DNA of 63,220 nucleotides, filler included. It is 7 parts of 7 records of this genome, joined end to end, with 100 filler letters (N's around TTAATTAATTAA, not from the genome) between each part and the next. Parts side by side here need not be neighbours in the genome. Positions count along the whole stretch, not along the records: positions 1 to 7,175 come from SRR31147125_4376; positions 7,276 to 17,319 come from SRR31147125_4412; 5 more parts are not named here. One strand, written 5' to 3'. The notes beneath the pieces are model-generated. The model saw only the letters and a list, made by a program, of their open reading frames with translations. It did not search any database and was not told the origin of the DNA. Position 1 is the stretch's first letter; each line of letters starts with the position of its first letter. Positions 1 to 11,264 of the stretch are shown here, piece after piece. The position numbers and the translations under genes are program-made.

Positions 1-985
1 AAATTTAGAAACCACATATTTAGGATTAAAACTTAAAAATCCTTTGGTAGCAGCCAGTTCTGGCTTAACAAGTTCGGTAGAAAAAATTAAAGAATTGGCC
101 AACGCAGGAATTGGCGCTATTGTTTTAAAATCGATTTTTGAAGAGCAAATTAACAACGAGGTTAGCAGTATGTTGGAAAAAGACCAGCAAAATATGGGCT
201 ACCCCGAAGCCGAAGATTACATAAAAAATTACCTGCGCGATAACACTGTTACCAAACACCTTGAATTGGTGAAAGAAGCAAAAGCGGCTGTTGATATACC
301 AATTATTGCAAGTGTAAACTGTGTTTCTTCTGCCGAGTGGACAACTTTTGCAAAAGATTTTGAAGAGGCAGGTGCCGATGCTATTGAGCTGAATATATTT
401 TATTTGCCAACCGACCGAAACGAAAAACCGGGCGTGGTTGAGCAACTTTACATCGATGTGTTAGAGAAAGTAAAAAGCGATGTTAACATTCCGGTTGCCG
501 TAAAATTTGGTTTAAACCACAGCAATATTATTGGCATGGCCGACAAATTAAAAGCAAACGGTGCTGCCGGTGTGGTAATGTTTAACCGTTTTTACGAGCC
601 CGATATTAATCTTGAAACTTTAGAATTAACCTCTTCAGAGGTATTTAGTTCTCCATCCGATTTACGCCGTTCGTTACGTTGGGTGGGCATGGTTTCATCG
701 TCGGTTACCAAGCTCGATATTGCAGCCTCAACCGGTATTCACGATGCAGATGCCGTAATTAAACAATTACTGGCGGGAGCGAATGTAACTCAGCTTTGTT
801 CAACACTTTACTTAAATGGCGTTTCTGTTGTAACTCAGGTGTTAGAAGAACTTTCTGCTTTTATGGACAAGTGGAACTTTAAAACCATTGACGATTTCCG
901 CGGAAGGCTTTCGTATAAAAATATTCCGGATCCCTTGGTGTACGAACGCTCGCAATTCATGAAATACTTTTCGAATAGAAAGTAA
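1..985 (+). CDS. Dihydroorotate dehydrogenase-like flavoprotein (5' truncated)
   Basis: Frame is open from base 2 (NLETTYLGLKLKNPLVAASS). GAIVLKSIFEEQI, DAIELN, VAVK, FNRFY, AASTGIH and YER-QFM motifs match the Bacteroidota DHODH-like family. Confidence 0.85.
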   Translation, partial: NLETTYLGLKLKNPLVAASSGLTSSVEKIKELANAGIGAIVLKSIFEEQINNEVSSMLEKDQQNMGYPEAEDYIKNYLRDNTVTKHLELVKEAKAAVDIPIIASVNCVSSAEWTTFAKDFEEAGADAIELNIFYLPTDRNEKPGVVEQLYIDVLEKVKSDVNIPVAVKFGLNHSNIIGMADKLKANGAAGVVMFNRFYEPDINLETLELTSSEVFSSPSDLRRSLRWVGMVSSSVTKLDIAASTGIHDADAVIKQLLAGANVTQLCSTLYLNGVSVVTQVLEELSAFMDKWNFKTIDDFRGRLSYKNIPDPLVYERSQFMKYFSNRK

Positions 986-1000
986 GCACAGAAATATATA

Positions 1001-4000
1001 ATGCAACTAACTAAACCGGCATTTCTCTTAACTTTCATTTTTTTAATGAGTGGTGCCAGTTTGGTATTTGCCCAATCAGACAGTATTCCTCCCCAAATCA
1101 TTAATCTCGATACGAACCCTATTCCTTATTGCTCCGATTCTGTTCTGGTAGTTCCTAATATTTCCATTCAAAATATTGAAATTGATGAAGATAGTGAAGG
1201 GATGAAAATCTCGATTGCTAATTATAAAAGATATGAAGATATTTTGGTTTGGGATGAGGTTCACGATTTTATCTATAAATGGAATGATTATTATGGACAT
1301 TTAGAGATAAAAGGAGCAGGTACAGAGAAAGAATATGAGGAAGCCATAGCTAGGATCTATTATAAGAATCTTGCAAATGTTCCAACTCTTGGCGAACGTT
1401 CGTTTTCCATAAGTTTATTAGATGCCGATTATTTACCTCAAACTGAGCATTTTTATAGGTACGTTAGTAAGCGAGGTATTAAATGGACGGAAGCCAGAGA
1501 TTCGGCAGCAAATATGGAATACTATGGTTTGGAGGGGTACCTGGTAACAATTACATCAAGTGCTGAAAATGATTTTGTTTGGACAAAAATTGATGGCATA
1601 GGATGGATAGGAGCAAATGACAGTTTGGTTGAAAACAAATGGCAATGGGAAACAGGTCCCGAGAAAGGAACACATTTTTGGCAAGGTAATTATCAGAATG
1701 GATACAAAGTAAACGGACAGTATTCTTTCTGGAATACAGGAGAACCGAATAATGTGCAAAAAACGTGGGGAGACGATGAAGACTATGCACACATTAATGC
1801 TAATCCTAACACCATCCCGAAATCATGGAATGATTTATCCAATGAAGGTGATAAACATGCGCCAAATGGATATTATTACCCGCAAGGTTTTATTGTAGAA
1901 TTTGGTGGAATGCCAAATGATCCTGAAGTGAAACTATCTGCTTCAGCCAAAATTGAGATTTTTAAAATTGCTTTTTCCGATAAACGTGAATTTACAATTT
2001 GTGCAGATGAATCGAAGGAATTAAACATTGATGCTGATGATTCATATACTTATTCTTGGTCTCCGGCAATAAATATTGATAATGTTTCTGCTTCTAATCC
2101 AATAGTAAGTCCAAAAACAACAACAATTTTTACTGCAATTGGGAGTTTAAACGGTTGTTCTGATACTGCTCAGTTTGTTGTAAATGTTAATCCTGTACCG
2201 GTAAACGAACTCGAAAATATTGAATATTTATGCGAAGGTGCTGTGATAGATTTAGAACCCGGAGAACATACCTCTTACCTGTGGCAAAATGGTACAACCG
2301 AGCCAATTTTTACTGTTGCTGATGACGGGAAATACTGGGTAACACTTACCAATGAATATGACTGTGACATTACAGATACAGTAGAAGTAAAATGGAGCGT
2401 AAAACCAGAGCTGGATTATGCAGAATTAGACACATTAATTTGTGGCACAAAAACTAAAAAGCTGAATTTATCTTTTATCGATAGTGAGCCGGATATAGTA
2501 ATTTCAGCTTTACAATCTGGAGTTACAATTGCCGATTCTAACACCTTATTTCCAACAATTACAGTTGACGAATTTGGCATGTACGATTTTTGGTTACACA
2601 TTACAAATGAAGAAAAATGTGAGTTTGAAGATACATTGCTCATCGAATTTCATAATCAGCCCGAAGCAAAATTTGATATGGATGAAGATGAATGCAAAGG
2701 ATACAGTCTCGATTTATCGTATTCGGGTACTACTGTTGAAGAAACTTTGTTTTCGTGGCTTTATAACGATACTGTTTACCAATCTGAAATTGGCCTTGAT
2801 GAAGTAACTATTCCTTTAGGATTTGGCGAGTTAAACCGTACAGTAGGTTTGGCTGTTAACGAGCAGGGCTGTGTTGATACATCGGTTGTGTCGGTAACTG
2901 TAACGCCGGATATTAAAATTAAAGCTGATAAAACGGAAGGATGTAATCCGTTAGAAGTAGAATTTAATGCAGAATCAACAGAGACCGTAAAATCTTACTT
3001 ATGGGATTTTGGTGATGGGAATTCTGCAAGTATTCAAAATCCAACGAATACTTATATAAATTCAGAAACTATCGATGTAAGTTTCGATGTTGGTTTAAAA
3101 GTCGTCTCTGAAGAAGGTTGTGAAAACCAAGGAACTTTAGAAGATTTTATTACCGTTCATCCAATTACATGGTCTGGAACTTTCGTTCGATGAGGCCGAC
3201 TGTAATCCGGCAGAAATGGAAATTTACTACGCCGGTTCAGCAAGTGATTCGGCAACATTTACATGGGAATTGAGTTCGTTTTTACCTAAAGAAATTTTGC
3301 AGCATCCCCGAAATTCTAAAGGGCCACTAATAATTAACCGAACTTCTTCTCCAACAGCAGAGATTTGGTACAGCGTTGTTTCCAAATATGGTTGCGAAAC
3401 CGGATCGGAGAAACAAAATTGGAAACGCAAACCGCTTTTCGAAATTCAGGTAGATACCACGCAAGGTTGTCCGCCACTTGAGATAAACGCAAATGCAATT
3501 GTTCTCGATAGTATTGATGAGCTTTCTTATACTTACGATTTTGGCGATGGAACTACCGGTGCCGGAAGCGATGCCACGCACATTTATACCGTAGCAAATA
3601 CAAGCAGTTCAATAACTTTTATTGGAACGTCGGACCTAACCGGGTGTGTCGATACGGTAACCTATAACGATTCGATACAGGTACATCCTGTGCCGGAAGC
3701 TACATTTACTGCTAATCCTGAGATTGTGGTAATTAGCGATCCTGAAATTCAGTTCGAAAACCAAACCTTAGGTGGCTTTGATTACGAATGGGACTTTGGT
3801 GATTTTTCTTCACCTTCTGAAGAAGAAAATCCATTGCATCGTTATCAGGAAATGGGATTGTACCCTGTGTTGTTATCGGCATATAACGAATACGGGTGCC
3901 TGGATACAATTTCGAAAAAGGTAACTGTAACATTCGATAAATTATATCCGCCAAATGCTTTTTCTCCCAATGCTGTTTTGGAAGAAGATCGCGAATTCAG

Positions 4001-4220
4001 AATTTATGCCGAAGGTGTTGAAGATGAAGGTTACGAATTGTTGATTTTTAACCGTTGGGGCGAAGAAGTTTTTACATCTAATACTCAAAATATTGGTTGG
4101 GACGGTAAGATGAAAAACGGCAATTTTGCCCCTACTGGAGTATATACCTGGGTATTACAATATCGCGATTTCAGAAATGAAAAACACAAACAGCAAGGAA
4201 TAGTAACCCTTGTTTTCTAA
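1001..4220 (+). CDS. Large secreted protein: C-type lectin-like domain + PKD repeats + gliding-motility (T9SS type B) C-terminal domain; one frameshift near 3170-3200
   Basis: Signal peptide; WIGAND and WNTGEPNN lectin-like motifs; repeated WDFGDG PKD motifs; C-terminal PNAFSPN...IFNRWGE...GWDG...GVY. ORFs 1001-3193 and 3216-4220 read as one protein. Confidence 0.85.
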
Positions 4221-4476
4221 AATTGGTGTAAAAATGACCATTATCTTTTTTTGAAAATAACTTGACTTTAGTTTACTTTTTGTCATATCTTTTCATTCCC
4301 TAGATATTAAATGTTTAAATTAAGCATGGTTGTTTTCATAATGCTATTTTAAACATGCGTTTTGCGACAAATGGATTCCGGTAGACTTTTTAAGCGCATT
4401 AAGTGTAAAGATATAGAATGCGATATAATGAGTAGAGCGGTACAAGAAGGACAACACAAACTAATAGTATTAGAAA

Positions 4477-4638
4477 ATGAAACTAACAAGTAAATCATCA
4501 GGAGAGAAAGACAGACGCGATTTCCCGGTTTTTAAAGGGTATTCTGTAAGCTCAAAAAGTGAGAAAACAAGTTTAAACGAACAATTTATTGTTCCCTGGG
4601 AGATTAGTGATCAGGCTCAGCGAAACAAAATTTCTTAA
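4477..4638 (+). CDS. Unannotated 53-aa small protein (VPWE motif), copy 1
   Basis: Hand translation: MKLTSKSSGEKDRRDFPVFKGYSVSSKSEKTSLNEQFIVPWEISDQAQRNKIS. A-rich start context; paralog at 5928-6085. Confidence 0.65.
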   Translation: MKLTSKSSGEKDRRDFPVFKGYSVSSKSEKTSLNEQFIVPWEISDQAQRNKIS

Positions 4639-4662
4639 ACCCTGTTTATTGCATATTCGTGG

Positions 4663-5643
4663 TTAAATCATTGGTATCAGCAATCTGTTTCTAACAGGTA
4701 CTTTTTCTTTGTTACCCATAAAAAAGGTTAACGAAATTTCGTGCGACCCGTGACTGTAATTCGATAATTTCGATAAAGTATAATCGAAACTGTATCCGAA
4801 TTGGAATTTTTCGCGGGCAAAACCTAACAGCGCAATAATTGCATCAGGTCGGGTATCCATATTATTTCGGTACCAGGCTCCAAACTGAAACGACTTTTCA
4901 ATCATGTAAATTCCCAGGTTCAATTGTTTGAAACTGCCCTGGTGCTGGTATAAAATATTGGGCGATAAAGTAAATTCACGCGATAGAAGACCGTGATGTA
5001 ACTTACGTGTTCTTATTCCGGTATGAACGGTAAATTTCATGGGCAGTTTTCCAAGCTGATCTCCGGTTGTAATAGATTCGTTGGGTTGCGTTAAATGATG
5101 TACGCTAAAACCCCAGAAAATATCCTTATGCTGTCCAACTGCACCAACTGCAAAATCGGGATATGTTTTTTTTTCGTCGCTTATTGCAATTGTATTTCCG
5201 CTTGTAAAATTACCAGTTAGTTGGTCTATTTCCGATGGAAAAATAAGGCTGTTTAAATCGTACTGTTTGAGTACAAATCCTGCATCTAATCCGAGTGTCA
5301 TAAAACTTTCAATGCCTAAAGTAAGATGGTATGAATAAGACAAAGATGCAGAACTTGTGCTTATTATGTTACTGGGTTCCCTGTCGTAGTTTATTTGGAA
5401 TCCGATGCCTGCATTTCGTTTCTTTAACAAGCAATCGAAAGTGAGAGCATAATTTGTGTACGAAGTTCCACTTTGTGGCCATTGGTTCCGATACGAGACA
5501 ACTGCACGCGGTAATTCGCTGGTACCAGTAAGAGCAGGATTTAAATGAAGAGGATTAGCAAAAAATTGAGAGTACTCAGCATCCTGGGCAAATACAATTG
5601 TAGGCAAGAGAAAGATTAGAATTACAAATCGTTTAATATTCAT
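4663..5643 (-). CDS. PorP/SprF family T9SS outer-membrane protein
   Basis: QDAEYSQFFANPLHLNPALTG, YRNQW and GYSFDY...GSHEISL motifs. Confidence 0.92.
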   Translation of the reverse strand: MNIKRFVILIFLLPTIVFAQDAEYSQFFANPLHLNPALTGTSELPRAVVSYRNQWPQSGTSYTNYALTFDCLLKKRNAGIGFQINYDREPSNIISTSSASLSYSYHLTLGIESFMTLGLDAGFVLKQYDLNSLIFPSEIDQLTGNFTSGNTIAISDEKKTYPDFAVGAVGQHKDIFWGFSVHHLTQPNESITTGDQLGKLPMKFTVHTGIRTRKLHHGLLSREFTLSPNILYQHQGSFKQLNLGIYMIEKSFQFGAWYRNNMDTRPDAIIALLGFAREKFQFGYSFDYTLSKLSNYSHGSHEISLTFFMGNKEKVPVRNRLLIPMI

Positions 5644-5874
5644 CAGATTTAAGCCCGAATTTAGTTGACGTGCCAAAATACAAAAATGATTACTATAATT
5701 TGGATTATTATGTTTGAAAATAGTTTCTCTTAGGAAAATGCCTTCATAAATAGCTATACAAATTTTGAAATACCACCGGCAGTCACTTTCGTTTGTAATA
5801 AAAAAATGAATCCTTAGATTTATGATTTACTGTAAGTTATGTATAATAGAATTTGCAATTTTTAATATAATAAA

Positions 5875-5889
5875 CTTGACTTCTGTCAT
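5875..5889. promoter_or_regulatory. TGAC-N4-GTCA palindrome (CRP/FNR-like box candidate) upstream of small ORF copy 2
   Basis: CTTGACttctGTCAT. A related AACTTGACTT element lies at 4259-4268, upstream of copy 1. Confidence 0.35.
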
Positions 5890-5927
5890 GTTTATTCGTA
5901 ACTTGTATATCCCTTAAATTTTAGAGT

Positions 5928-6085
5928 ATGAAGACGACTTCGAAAGAAAAAGGAGATGGAGGCAAAAAGATTACCCTATGTTTTTTCATCAGTATCCTGT
6001 AGAAAAGAAAAAGGAAAAAGAGGCGAGCCATTACGTTGTGCCCTGGGAAATGACACATGATTACAAGAAGCAAGTAGTTTCGTAA
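5928..6085 (+). CDS. Unannotated ~52-aa small protein (VPWE motif), copy 2; needs one extra base in an A-run near 5964-5968
   Basis: With one extra A it reads MKTTSKEKGDGGKKDYPMFFHQYPVEKKKEKEASHYVVPWEMTHDYKKQVVS and aligns end-to-end with copy 1. Confidence 0.55.
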
Positions 6086-6252
6086 TTATTAGGATAATCA
6101 AAATAGTTGAAATCTCCTGCATTGTGGAAAACGAATGGGAGTAGGATAGTTCGGATACTTCGAATATCTCATAAAATCGGTTATAATTTAATCGGGAAGG
6201 ATAAGTTTGGTGCTAATTCTTCTCTTTTTATATGTAGAATTTCAGGTTAATT

Positions 6253-7175
6253 TTATTGTTTATTTTGTGGTCCCGACCAAGGGGTCAGCTTGGAAGATTT
6301 GTATTGCGGAACGGCAACACGCAGCGATAATTCCCAGGTATATCCTACTTCTTCAGAAATTCCATAATCCCAATACCTGTATTAAGATTGACGCGAATTT
6401 TATCATTACAATAACCAATGGTTCCTCCAATACAATGAATATTGTTGGTAAAATCGTTCTGCAGAAATACCCCAAGTGTTTTGTTTGTATAAGCAGCAAC
6501 AGCTTTTACCCGGGTAAACACAAAACTATTCGAATAAAATAAAAGCAGTTCGGGTATAAATGTGTATGGTTTAGACATTAGTCCACCCTCTAAATTGTTG
6601 AATATTCCGGAAACATTGCAAGTTATTATGGCCGGGAATCCGTTATCATCATTTTCGTTTATTCCGTGAAAAGGTATGGTAAGGGGCCAGGTTGCAGTAA
6701 TACCTCCTTTTAACGAAGGTGTATTATACAAAAAACCCAGCCTTGGTTTTATTCTGAAATAACGAATGTAATTTTGGCCCGGTAGACTTTTATTTTCTTC
6801 AGAATTTAGAAATATTTTGTCCTGGGAATAAACGAACCATTGTTTTGTAGCAAATATAAAATTCGTATTAAACGAAAACCGAATTTCTCCGTTATCCGTT
6901 TTTACCGGAAATCCTGAATAAGCAAATCCTATTTCATTGGTACTTATATTACGTTCGCCAATAAGTCCGTGCAGTAAAAATAATGCAACGCCCCCTTTTA
7001 GTTTCTGAGAATAAGTATCGTAGGTGGCATAATACAAATTGTACATGTGGTCTTCTGTCAGGTTATAATAATGGTTTCCTGTATTATAACTTGTTGTGTT
7101 ATCGAGACCTGCATATGTTGGATTTATAAGCAGCCGGTTGTCTAATGGTTGCAGATAGCTTTCGTATTGCGCAAA
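6253..7175 (-). CDS. Divergent PorP/SprF family protein (5' truncated; frameshift near 6365-6370)
   Basis: Frame is open to the contig edge with FAQYESYLQPLDNRLLINPTYAG (NP-AG motif). The shifted C-terminus GYTWELSLRV matches the GSHEISL end of the family. Confidence 0.7.
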
Positions 7176-7275
7176 NNNNNNNNNNNNNNNNNNNNNNNNN
7201 NNNNNNNNNNNNNNNNNNNTTAATTAATTAANNNNNNNNNNNNNNNNNNNNNNNNNNNNNNNNNNNNNNNNNNNN
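7176..7275. other. Artificial contig spacer
   Basis: 100 nt of N with central TTAATTAATTAA (stops in all six frames). Confidence 0.97.
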
Positions 7276-8731
7276 AAGATCGACAGGATTTATTCCGGAT
7301 CTCACGTATAATAAAACAATTCAGTTTGATGGCAGAGAATCATATGTCGAAGTAACAGATGATTTAAACCAGGCCAGATTACCTGAACGCGCCATGTCTG
7401 TTGAAGCATGGGTTAAACTAATAAAGCACACAACCTGGGGAGGCTATATTGGTGCTTTTGAAGATAATGGTGGTTATGAAAAAGGATGGGTATTGGGGAA
7501 TCATAACAAAAAATTCTCTTTTGCGTTGGCGTCTACAGGCAGAAATGACGGTGATGGTTTTATGACCTATCTGGATGGGGCAAGCGAATTTGTTTACGAT
7601 CAATGGTATCACATTGTCGGCACCTATAACGGGGCCACAATGAAATTGTATGTCAACGGCCAACTATCCGCTTCATCATCAACACAATTTGGTGATATTC
7701 TTTATGATAATAACAGCTTTTTTGATATTGGTATTTATCATGATGATAATGAGTTTTTTGTTATGGATGGTCAACTGGATGATATACGATTATGGGATAC
7801 CGTTCTGAATGAATCAACCATCCGCGAGTGGATGCATAGGGAAATGAATGAATCACATCCCAATTATGAGAATTTGATCAGCTATTGGGATTTTAATGAA
7901 ATATCAGGTAATACTCTTAAAGATCGGCAAGAAAATAATCACGGTCAGATTATTAATGTCAGTATTAATGATAACATCGCTTCCTCAGCACCAGTTGGCC
8001 TGAATGGTACGCTTGTAGATACAAAACAGACCACAGCAACCGGTCCTGATGGAGCTGAGATAATTGCCACTATCACGTCAACTCCTTCAAAGAGCACATT
8101 TTTAGGTGTTTATCAGGGAGGAACCAGTAGTGGGGCACCGGTTGATTTTGAACGTTTTCCGGAAGGTGTTTTTTATCGAGCCAATATATACTGGGGTGCC
8201 CGTGAATTTGGGAATATCACAGCTGATTTAGAGTTCGTTTATGAAAATATCAAACATATAGATAACGCTGATAATTTACGATTGCTTAAACGAAGAGACG
8301 CCACCAGTGAATGGCTTGATATGAGCGAAAATGCTGTTCACGATGTTAATAACCAGTCATTTTTGATACGGAATGTGACCGAGTTTTCCGAGTATGCCAT
8401 AGGATGGCAAAACACCTTAACGGATGTGGAAGAAAATAATCCGGTTCCATCAGATTATCAACTTTACACCAATTATCCGAATCCTTTCAATCCATCAACA
8501 CGTCTTCGTTTCCGTTTGCCAAACACGGCGACAGTGGTCTTGAAAATTTATGATGTCTCCGGAAGGGAGATATCTACGCTGGTAAATTCTACCAGATTAA
8601 ATGCTGGATTGCATGAGATAAACTGGAATGGCACGAATATGCAGGGACGTCAGGTCGCGTCCGGAATTTACTTTTGTCGATTAACGACTCAAGAGTATGA
8701 TAAAACAATAAAAATGATGTTAATTCATTAA
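7276..8731 (+). CDS. Secreted LamG/concanavalin-like protein with C-terminal YPNPFNP sorting (T9SS type A/FlgD-like) domain (5' truncated)
   Basis: SVEAWVK, WYHIVGTY, LYVNG, GQLDDIRLW motifs; C-terminal NYPNPFNPST...IYDVSGR...WNG...ASGIYF. Confidence 0.85.
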
Positions 8732-8760
8732 TCCTGGAAAATAGGGATTTAAGCAACAGT

Positions 8761-10318
8761 ATGAAGATATTTGGAAACAATTTTATTAAAGTCAATATAT
8801 ATGGCACAATAGTCTTATGTCTCCTGCTACTGGTGGTTTTTTGTAGCAGAAAACAGGATTCTAATGATCCTGTATTGGCCAGGATAGGTAATGACGTGAT
8901 CACAGTGAGTGAATTTAAAACGAATTACGAGTTTGGTTTATCTCATTTGAAAAGGGGCAAAATCCAAAGCGGACGTATCTTGACTATATGATAAAGGAAA
9001 AAGTGCTGTCTTTGCAAGGATACAAGCTGGGTTTGGATAAATCAGAGCTTGTGAAACGGGCTGTTAACCGTTTACGTGATGAGCTGGTTATTGAAGAACT
9101 GTTTATTCAAAAAGTACATAATAAAATAAACGTGACTGAAGATGAAATAAAGGATGCACTCAACAAATCCAAAGTCAGTTGGAAATTCCGGTATTGGATT
9201 GAACCAAGCTTTGACCGGGCAAATCAGGTTGCGAACGCAATGCGGGAGAGAGGTTATTCAGAGGTTGTTAGTGATATCTTGGGCAAGAATCCGGAATTTC
9301 AATTGTCACCGCAAAAATTTGAATCTGACTATGTAACATGGTTAGACATCCCCTCTGAATTATTGCAGGCACTACAAGAATTACCACGAGGTGATATTTC
9401 TAACCCTGTAGAATTGGATGGTGTGTTTTACATCTTTCAAATTACCGATATCCGGCAGCAGGGAATTCTGGATAGCGAGTATAATGAAAAAGCAGCCAGT
9501 ATGAAAAAGATATTATTTTATCGAAAAGTGACTGAAAAAGCCTTTGAATATATGGATGAATTTATGACGCCCAAAAACGTCGTGACAAAAGGTGAGGCTT
9601 TTCATATACTCGCAGATGCACTAATAGAATGGAAAAAAGCGGCGAGGGGAAAAGTTTTCCAGATGTTATTAAGGATGCTGATGAGAGTCAGGAAGCATTT
9701 GCTGCAGTAAAATCAATATTTAATGATCCCCTGGTGCAATTTAAAAGCGGCCAGTGGTCGGTAAAGGAATTTATCGATCAACAGTTTGATGAATACCTCC
9801 TGCAAGCGAAACCGGATGATCTAAACGCTTTGCGTAACCAGTTAAATGACATGGTCGCTTTGAAAATCAGGAATCATTTCCTTCTCAAAGAGGCAGAAAA
9901 AGAAAATATACCGGAATCTGCAAATGTAAAGCAACAATTGAAAAAATGGGAAGGTAAATGGGTCTTTGAAGAAACGCGGGTTTCTTATACAGATGATTTA
10001 AAAGTCGATGAAAAGCAGATGCGGGATTATTTCGATAGAAATAAAAACAGGTATATTATTCAAAAAGACAGAGAACCTACTTTTGCAGAATATAAAAAAC
10101 AGATAAAACAGGATACCTATCTGGAAAAAGCCCGGCATATTCTGAATGCAAAGATCGATTCACTAAGTTCTTATTATCCGATTGAGATTAATGAAGATGT
10201 TTTGGATACTATAAAAACCATGGATTCAAAAAAGTCGAAATGGATGAGTATTCAATTATTTAAGAGAAGCAGCAACAGACTGGCTTTTCCTATTGTCGAT
10301 CCCGCCTGGGGTTTTTAG
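8761..10318 (+). CDS. PpiC/SurA-type foldase-like lipoprotein; two frameshifts near 8955 and 9635
   Basis: Hydrophobic leader ending in VFC; VLARIGNDVITVSEF, VTEDEIK and GDISNPV motifs spread over three overlapping ORFs. Confidence 0.7.
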
Positions 10319-10401
10319 GTCAGTCAGGCGGGCAAAAATTTCAAATACAAAATTAATTGTAAATATTAAAATTGAATTAAAAAATATTTTGGGGTATGTG
10401 T

Positions 10402-11169
10402 ATGGCCATTGACAAAAAAAGTATTATTCCCTTATATTACCAACTTGCAGATTATCTAAGGGATAGAATTACATCTCGTGCCATACCGGCTGGAGAATTG
10501 GTGCCATCAGAATTTGAATTGATGAATCAATTCGATATCAGTAGAGGAACTGTCCGTCAAGCCATCCAGCAATTAGAGCTGGAAGGGCTGGTTGAAAGAT
10601 TCCCGGGCAGAGGCACCTTTGTGTCTATTCCCAAAATTGAACAAAATGTGAGTAAACAAATGGGCTTTTTTACCAGTTCTATGAAAAAAGCTGGTAAAAT
10701 ACCATCTGCACATGTTTTAGAGGTTAATGAAATCACGGCTCCCAGAAATGTAACTGATAAATTGATCCTGCAAAATGGGGATAAAGTAATAGTAATCAAA
10801 AGGCTGCTTTGTGCCGATGGCCAACCGTTTACAATCGAAAAAAGTTATTTCCGTCATGATGTGGGATTAAAATTGCTAAATGAAGATCTGACAGGCTCTA
10901 TGTATGCGCTGATACAGGAAAAATTTCATTATACTATTTATAAATCGAAAAATTCTATCGAGGCTACTTTGTCTGATAAAGAATCCTCTAAATTATTAGA
11001 TGTACCGCAAGGATTCGCTTTGTTCAAAGTCAAGCGCCTCATGTTTTTTTCTGAGAGTGAACCCACCGAATATACCATTGACTTGATGCGTGGTGATCGA
11101 TTTCAATTTGCCGTGACGGATTATTATCAGGATGAAAAGGCAGAATTTCGGATTCGATCGGAAGTATAA
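10402..11169 (+). CDS. GntR (HutC/UTRA subfamily) transcriptional regulator
   Basis: PLYYQL, PSEFEL, ISRGTVRQA, GRGTFV; UTRA-type C-terminus (RGDRF). Confidence 0.93.
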   Translation: MAIDKKSIIPLYYQLADYLRDRITSRAIPAGELVPSEFELMNQFDISRGTVRQAIQQLELEGLVERFPGRGTFVSIPKIEQNVSKQMGFFTSSMKKAGKIPSAHVLEVNEITAPRNVTDKLILQNGDKVIVIKRLLCADGQPFTIEKSYFRHDVGLKLLNEDLTGSMYALIQEKFHYTIYKSKNSIEATLSDKESSKLLDVPQGFALFKVKRLMFFSESEPTEYTIDLMRGDRFQFAVTDYYQDEKAEFRIRSEV

Positions 11170-11264
11170 TAGATATATTTTTTGTTTTGCTTGGCACTAT
11201 TTTTTTATCCGGTTTGGAAATGTGGCAACACATCTTATTATAGTAAAAAGGAGAACCATCTACC

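Noticed and set aside
4371..4493. 40-codon ORF overlapping the first microprotein
   Set aside because: No counterpart at the second locus and no motif; the VPWE frame has paralog support instead.
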